NCBI GenBank assembly: GCA_038877255.1
Contig: JAVYWZ010000002.1
Coordinates: 1 to 48,341, forward strand
Length of the DNA: 48,341 nt
From: Candidatus Micrarchaeaceae archaeon
Lineage (GTDB): Archaea; Micrarchaeota; Micrarchaeia; Micrarchaeales; CABMGC01
Reading direction: 5' to 3'
Made by a program: the position numbers and the translations under genes. The notes beneath the pieces are model-generated. The model had not been told where the DNA came from. It was given only the letters and a program-made list of their open reading frames with translations, and did no database searches. This document shows, one piece after another, positions 45,913 to 48,341 of the stretch; the stretch's first letter is position 1; each line of letters opens with the position of its first letter.

Positions 45913-46346
45913 TCTATCACTTTCCTGCTGAATACATGAATCGCAAGGTATTTAAATATTTCTAAAAGCACGCACAGTATAGTAGTGAAAATTTGGCTAT
46001 TGTAGTAGTGCAGTTCTGCAATCAGCGAAGCGCTTCGACGAGAAGCTATTTGGTGCATAAAGACATGCTAATAGCGCGCAGCAATATGACACACTTCCAT
46101 AAACAACATTTTGATAAGTTCACTTGTTAAGAACGTGCTTATTCTTATTTCGTTTGCTCTTGCTTCTTCGCGCATCTTTCTTTAGCGCCTTGTTTATTAT
46201 TGCTCATAGTTCGCAACACATGGCTTGCTTCTGCTTGCATGTGTTTGTTTTGCTTGCCATTGCTTGCTCTTCTGCAGCTTGCATAATTAGTATAAAAACA
46301 CGAAACGAACGTGCAAGTATATAAACATATTAATGCATTATAGTAA

Positions 46347-48341
46347 ATGGGTTTGATGCGAAAAGCTAATGCTGCGCTGCTTGCATTCGGCGTTGTTGCC
46401 CTGCTGCTCATTCTTAATGCAAACGCATTTACACATGTACCCAGCGCTTACAGGCCCATAATCCCAACTGCCACTACTTCTTACTCAACAACTACCATTC
46501 CTTACTCAACAACCATTATGGCTTGCCAATCGCCGCCTGGCAATTCCATGTGCACAGATTTCTGCAGCGGCTCGCCATCTGGCGGTAAGCTCTATTCCTC
46601 GCAGACTGCAGGCTGCGCTTATACATATACATATAATGCAATACAAAGCGCCAATACTGGAGGCTATATTGAATGCGGCGACTCCGAGCAAGTCAATACA
46701 AGCTATGCAACAAATCAGTATTATTTGAGCAAGAGCACAAGCTTCTACCAATTCAGCTATCCGCTTGTAAGCCCTGTGAATGCTTCTAATGCGCATACAG
46801 CTCCGTATCTGCTTGCGTGCCCGCTGAACCCTTATAGCAATAGCAATGCAAACCCGACCAACCAGGAGTATTTTTACCCTGACAGCTGCTCATACCCGTT
46901 TGTCGCAGGCGGAGCATGCAGCGCAACCGTTAGCAGAATAGCTACTGGAATAGAGCTGCCTTTAACAGTAACATGGAGCTCGTCGCAAGCTGCAAGCGCA
47001 AGCGTTGGAAAAATGCAGGTAAGCAATGCCGGCGAAGCAGAAGCGAGCGTGCTCAACATGTCGCCAATGGTATACAGCGTTGGCGGAGTAAATTACATAT
47101 CAAATGGCTATTCCTCTAATACGTACATATTCCAGCAAGTGCCCTCCGTAGCGCAGCATGCAGTATGGAATTGGACTGCAGTATTTGTCAATTTCAATAA
47201 TGCGCAAATACCAAACCTGCTCACTGTAGTAGCTGAGCCCCAATATGCATCTACTTATTTATGGATAAATCCGAATGGGAGCCTAGGCTTTGCTGCGCAA
47301 AACACCGGCGTTAGCGCAAATGAGCATTCTGCTAATGCAAGCTTGACCATAAACGGCACGCCTACCGCAACGCCATCTGCAACTTCTACAACAGCATTGG
47401 ATTTGCCTCCATCGCCTACAACAAGCACAATAACAACATCAACTTCTACAACATCAAACTCTACAAGCACATCTACAACTTCGACAATACCTCCGATAGA
47501 CAGCTATGTGTGCAACTACCAATACCAGTATACGGCGCAGCTTACCCTTGACAACGTGCAAAACACGCAGATACCATTCAATGAAATTACTAACACAATT
47601 CAGGGCAACGGCTCTGCTCCAGTAATCCATACACACACGTTCACTGCAAGCATACTGCCTTATCTCTTGTTTAATTACGTTCTGCCTTCGCCTTACGGTG
47701 CTGTCTTGCAAAACAGCTATGACATTTTCAGCCCGTGGAACTATTACACGCCTACAAAAACTGAAGAGCCATTTCCGATAGACACGCCAAGCAGGTTCTA
47801 TGTAAATTATAATGGCATGCTAATATCTACTCCGAGCAATGACACAATAAGCGCGCTGCGCCTAGGCAGCGACATAGATAATGCAGTAAACGGCATAAAT
47901 GGCATATTAAACAGCGTAGGCATGGGCAACTTCTTTGGAATACTCAAAAGGCTTGGAATGAAAAGCCCTTATGTTGCAAACCCGATCTCTGTTGCGGCAA
48001 TACCCAATGATTATGTTTTTGTGCTTAACGAATCAGGCGGCGACTATTACATAACAGTGCTGAGGCTAATACCAAAAGGCTACTTCAACACAACAGGCTA
48101 TGCGCCAACGAACGTAAACAGCACAGAGAACACGAGTGCGAGCGTAGCTGAGCAGGAGTGGGATAACGAATGGAATGGCTACTGGGCCAATGTCATTGCG
48201 CTGCAGAACGAAACCACTTATACTGTTGCAAGCTATGACCTCAATAGCCTTAACAATTATCCATCAGGCTTTACGCCTCTCAACATAACCGCAAACTACG
48301 CTGGAGATGTATTCATAACAGGCAGAATAACCAATATTGGC
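46347..48341 (+). CDS. Large secreted protein, partial (continues beyond the window)
   Basis: Own translation gives 665 codons with no stop to the window end. It is preceded by in-frame TAG TAA. Signal peptide MGLMRKANAALLAFGVVALLLILNANA. A Cys-rich N-terminal domain is followed by a Thr/Ser linker (47355-47495), then a sequon-rich region with beta-propeller-like strings (DYVFVLNESGGDYYITVL, GDVFITGRI). It is missing from the ORF track because it has no stop in the window. Confidence 0.75.
   Translation, partial: MGLMRKANAALLAFGVVALLLILNANAFTHVPSAYRPIIPTATTSYSTTTIPYSTTIMACQSPPGNSMCTDFCSGSPSGGKLYSSQTAGCAYTYTYNAIQSANTGGYIECGDSEQVNTSYATNQYYLSKSTSFYQFSYPLVSPVNASNAHTAPYLLACPLNPYSNSNANPTNQEYFYPDSCSYPFVAGGACSATVSRIATGIELPLTVTWSSSQAASASVGKMQVSNAGEAEASVLNMSPMVYSVGGVNYISNGYSSNTYIFQQVPSVAQHAVWNWTAVFVNFNNAQIPNLLTVVAEPQYASTYLWINPNGSLGFAAQNTGVSANEHSANASLTINGTPTATPSATSTTALDLPPSPTTSTITTSTSTTSNSTSTSTTSTIPPIDSYVCNYQYQYTAQLTLDNVQNTQIPFNEITNTIQGNGSAPVIHTHTFTASILPYLLFNYVLPSPYGAVLQNSYDIFSPWNYYTPTKTEEPFPIDTPSRFYVNYNGMLISTPSNDTISALRLGSDIDNAVNGINGILNSVGMGNFFGILKRLGMKSPYVANPISVAAIPNDYVFVLNESGGDYYITVLRLIPKGYFNTTGYAPTNVNSTENTSASVAEQEWDNEWNGYWANVIALQNETTYTVASYDLNSLNNYPSGFTPLNITANYAGDVFITGRITNIG

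Noticed and set aside
46124-46411. Mirror-image ORFs 46124..46324 (+) and 46145..46411 (-) upstream of the secreted-protein gene.
   Set aside because: They are generated by the low-complexity GCTTGC/T-rich tract, and the minus ORF overlaps the signal-peptide codons of the real plus-strand gene. There is no coding signature.
1-48341. A window-wide look for CRISPR arrays, rRNA genes, integrases/recombinases, toxin-antitoxin pairs and known defence gene signatures.
   Set aside because: There are no regularly spaced direct repeats of 24-40 bp, no rRNA-like conserved stretches, and no tyrosine/serine recombinase, PIN/HEPN, restriction-modification or Cas-like motifs in any credible ORF. The only repeats are the 410-bp duplication and a few tiny tandem motifs, such as TCACAAGAT x2 at about 29595-29612.

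Overview
This is a densely coding archaeal chromosomal segment, mostly housekeeping genes. The archaeal assignment rests on a membrane-inserted LonB, Top6A, GatD/GatE, aIF5B, a ThrRS with the archaeal editing domain, and an A-type ATP synthase operon.

Gene order:
- Left edge: an internally deleted IS200/IS605 TnpB remnant.
- lonB-top6A, translationally coupled by an ATGA overlap.
- An orphan FlaI/PilB-like secretion ATPase and a CDP-alcohol phosphatidyltransferase.
- ileS, then a small zinc-ribbon ORF.
- MiaB/MtaB-like methylthiotransferase, gatD, gatE and a Nudix hydrolase.
- A MazG-like gene followed by infB (aIF5B), then ndk.
- A DUF59/SufT-like gene directly downstream of a 976-981 aa membrane-anchored beta-helix surface protein.
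- tRNA-Thr(CGU), an M20 peptidase, thrS and a NodU/CmcH-type carbamoyltransferase.
- A small regulatory islet at 26.2-29.6 kb (described below).
- A Memo-like protein, endonuclease III, and the complete atpH-I-K-E-C-F-A-B-D operon.
- A class I/II aminotransferase and tRNA-Val(UAC).
- A 481 aa coiled-coil orphan, a 970 aa S-layer-like protein, and a secreted protein of more than 665 aa that runs off the right edge.

The regulatory islet contains about 570 bp of non-coding DNA, a stand-alone RAM-domain gene, a fused double Lrp/AsnC protein, and a 410-bp tandem duplication of that gene's 3' end.

I found no CRISPR array, rRNA, integrase or recognisable defence system. I see no clearly novel multi-gene system. 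The best leads are:
- the Lrp/RAM islet with its segmental duplication;
- the envelope gene cluster with the coiled-coil orphan;
- the mini-TnpB remnant;
- divergent catalytic signatures in IleRS and in the CDP-alcohol transferase.

All calls come from reading the sequence and motif knowledge; no searches were run.
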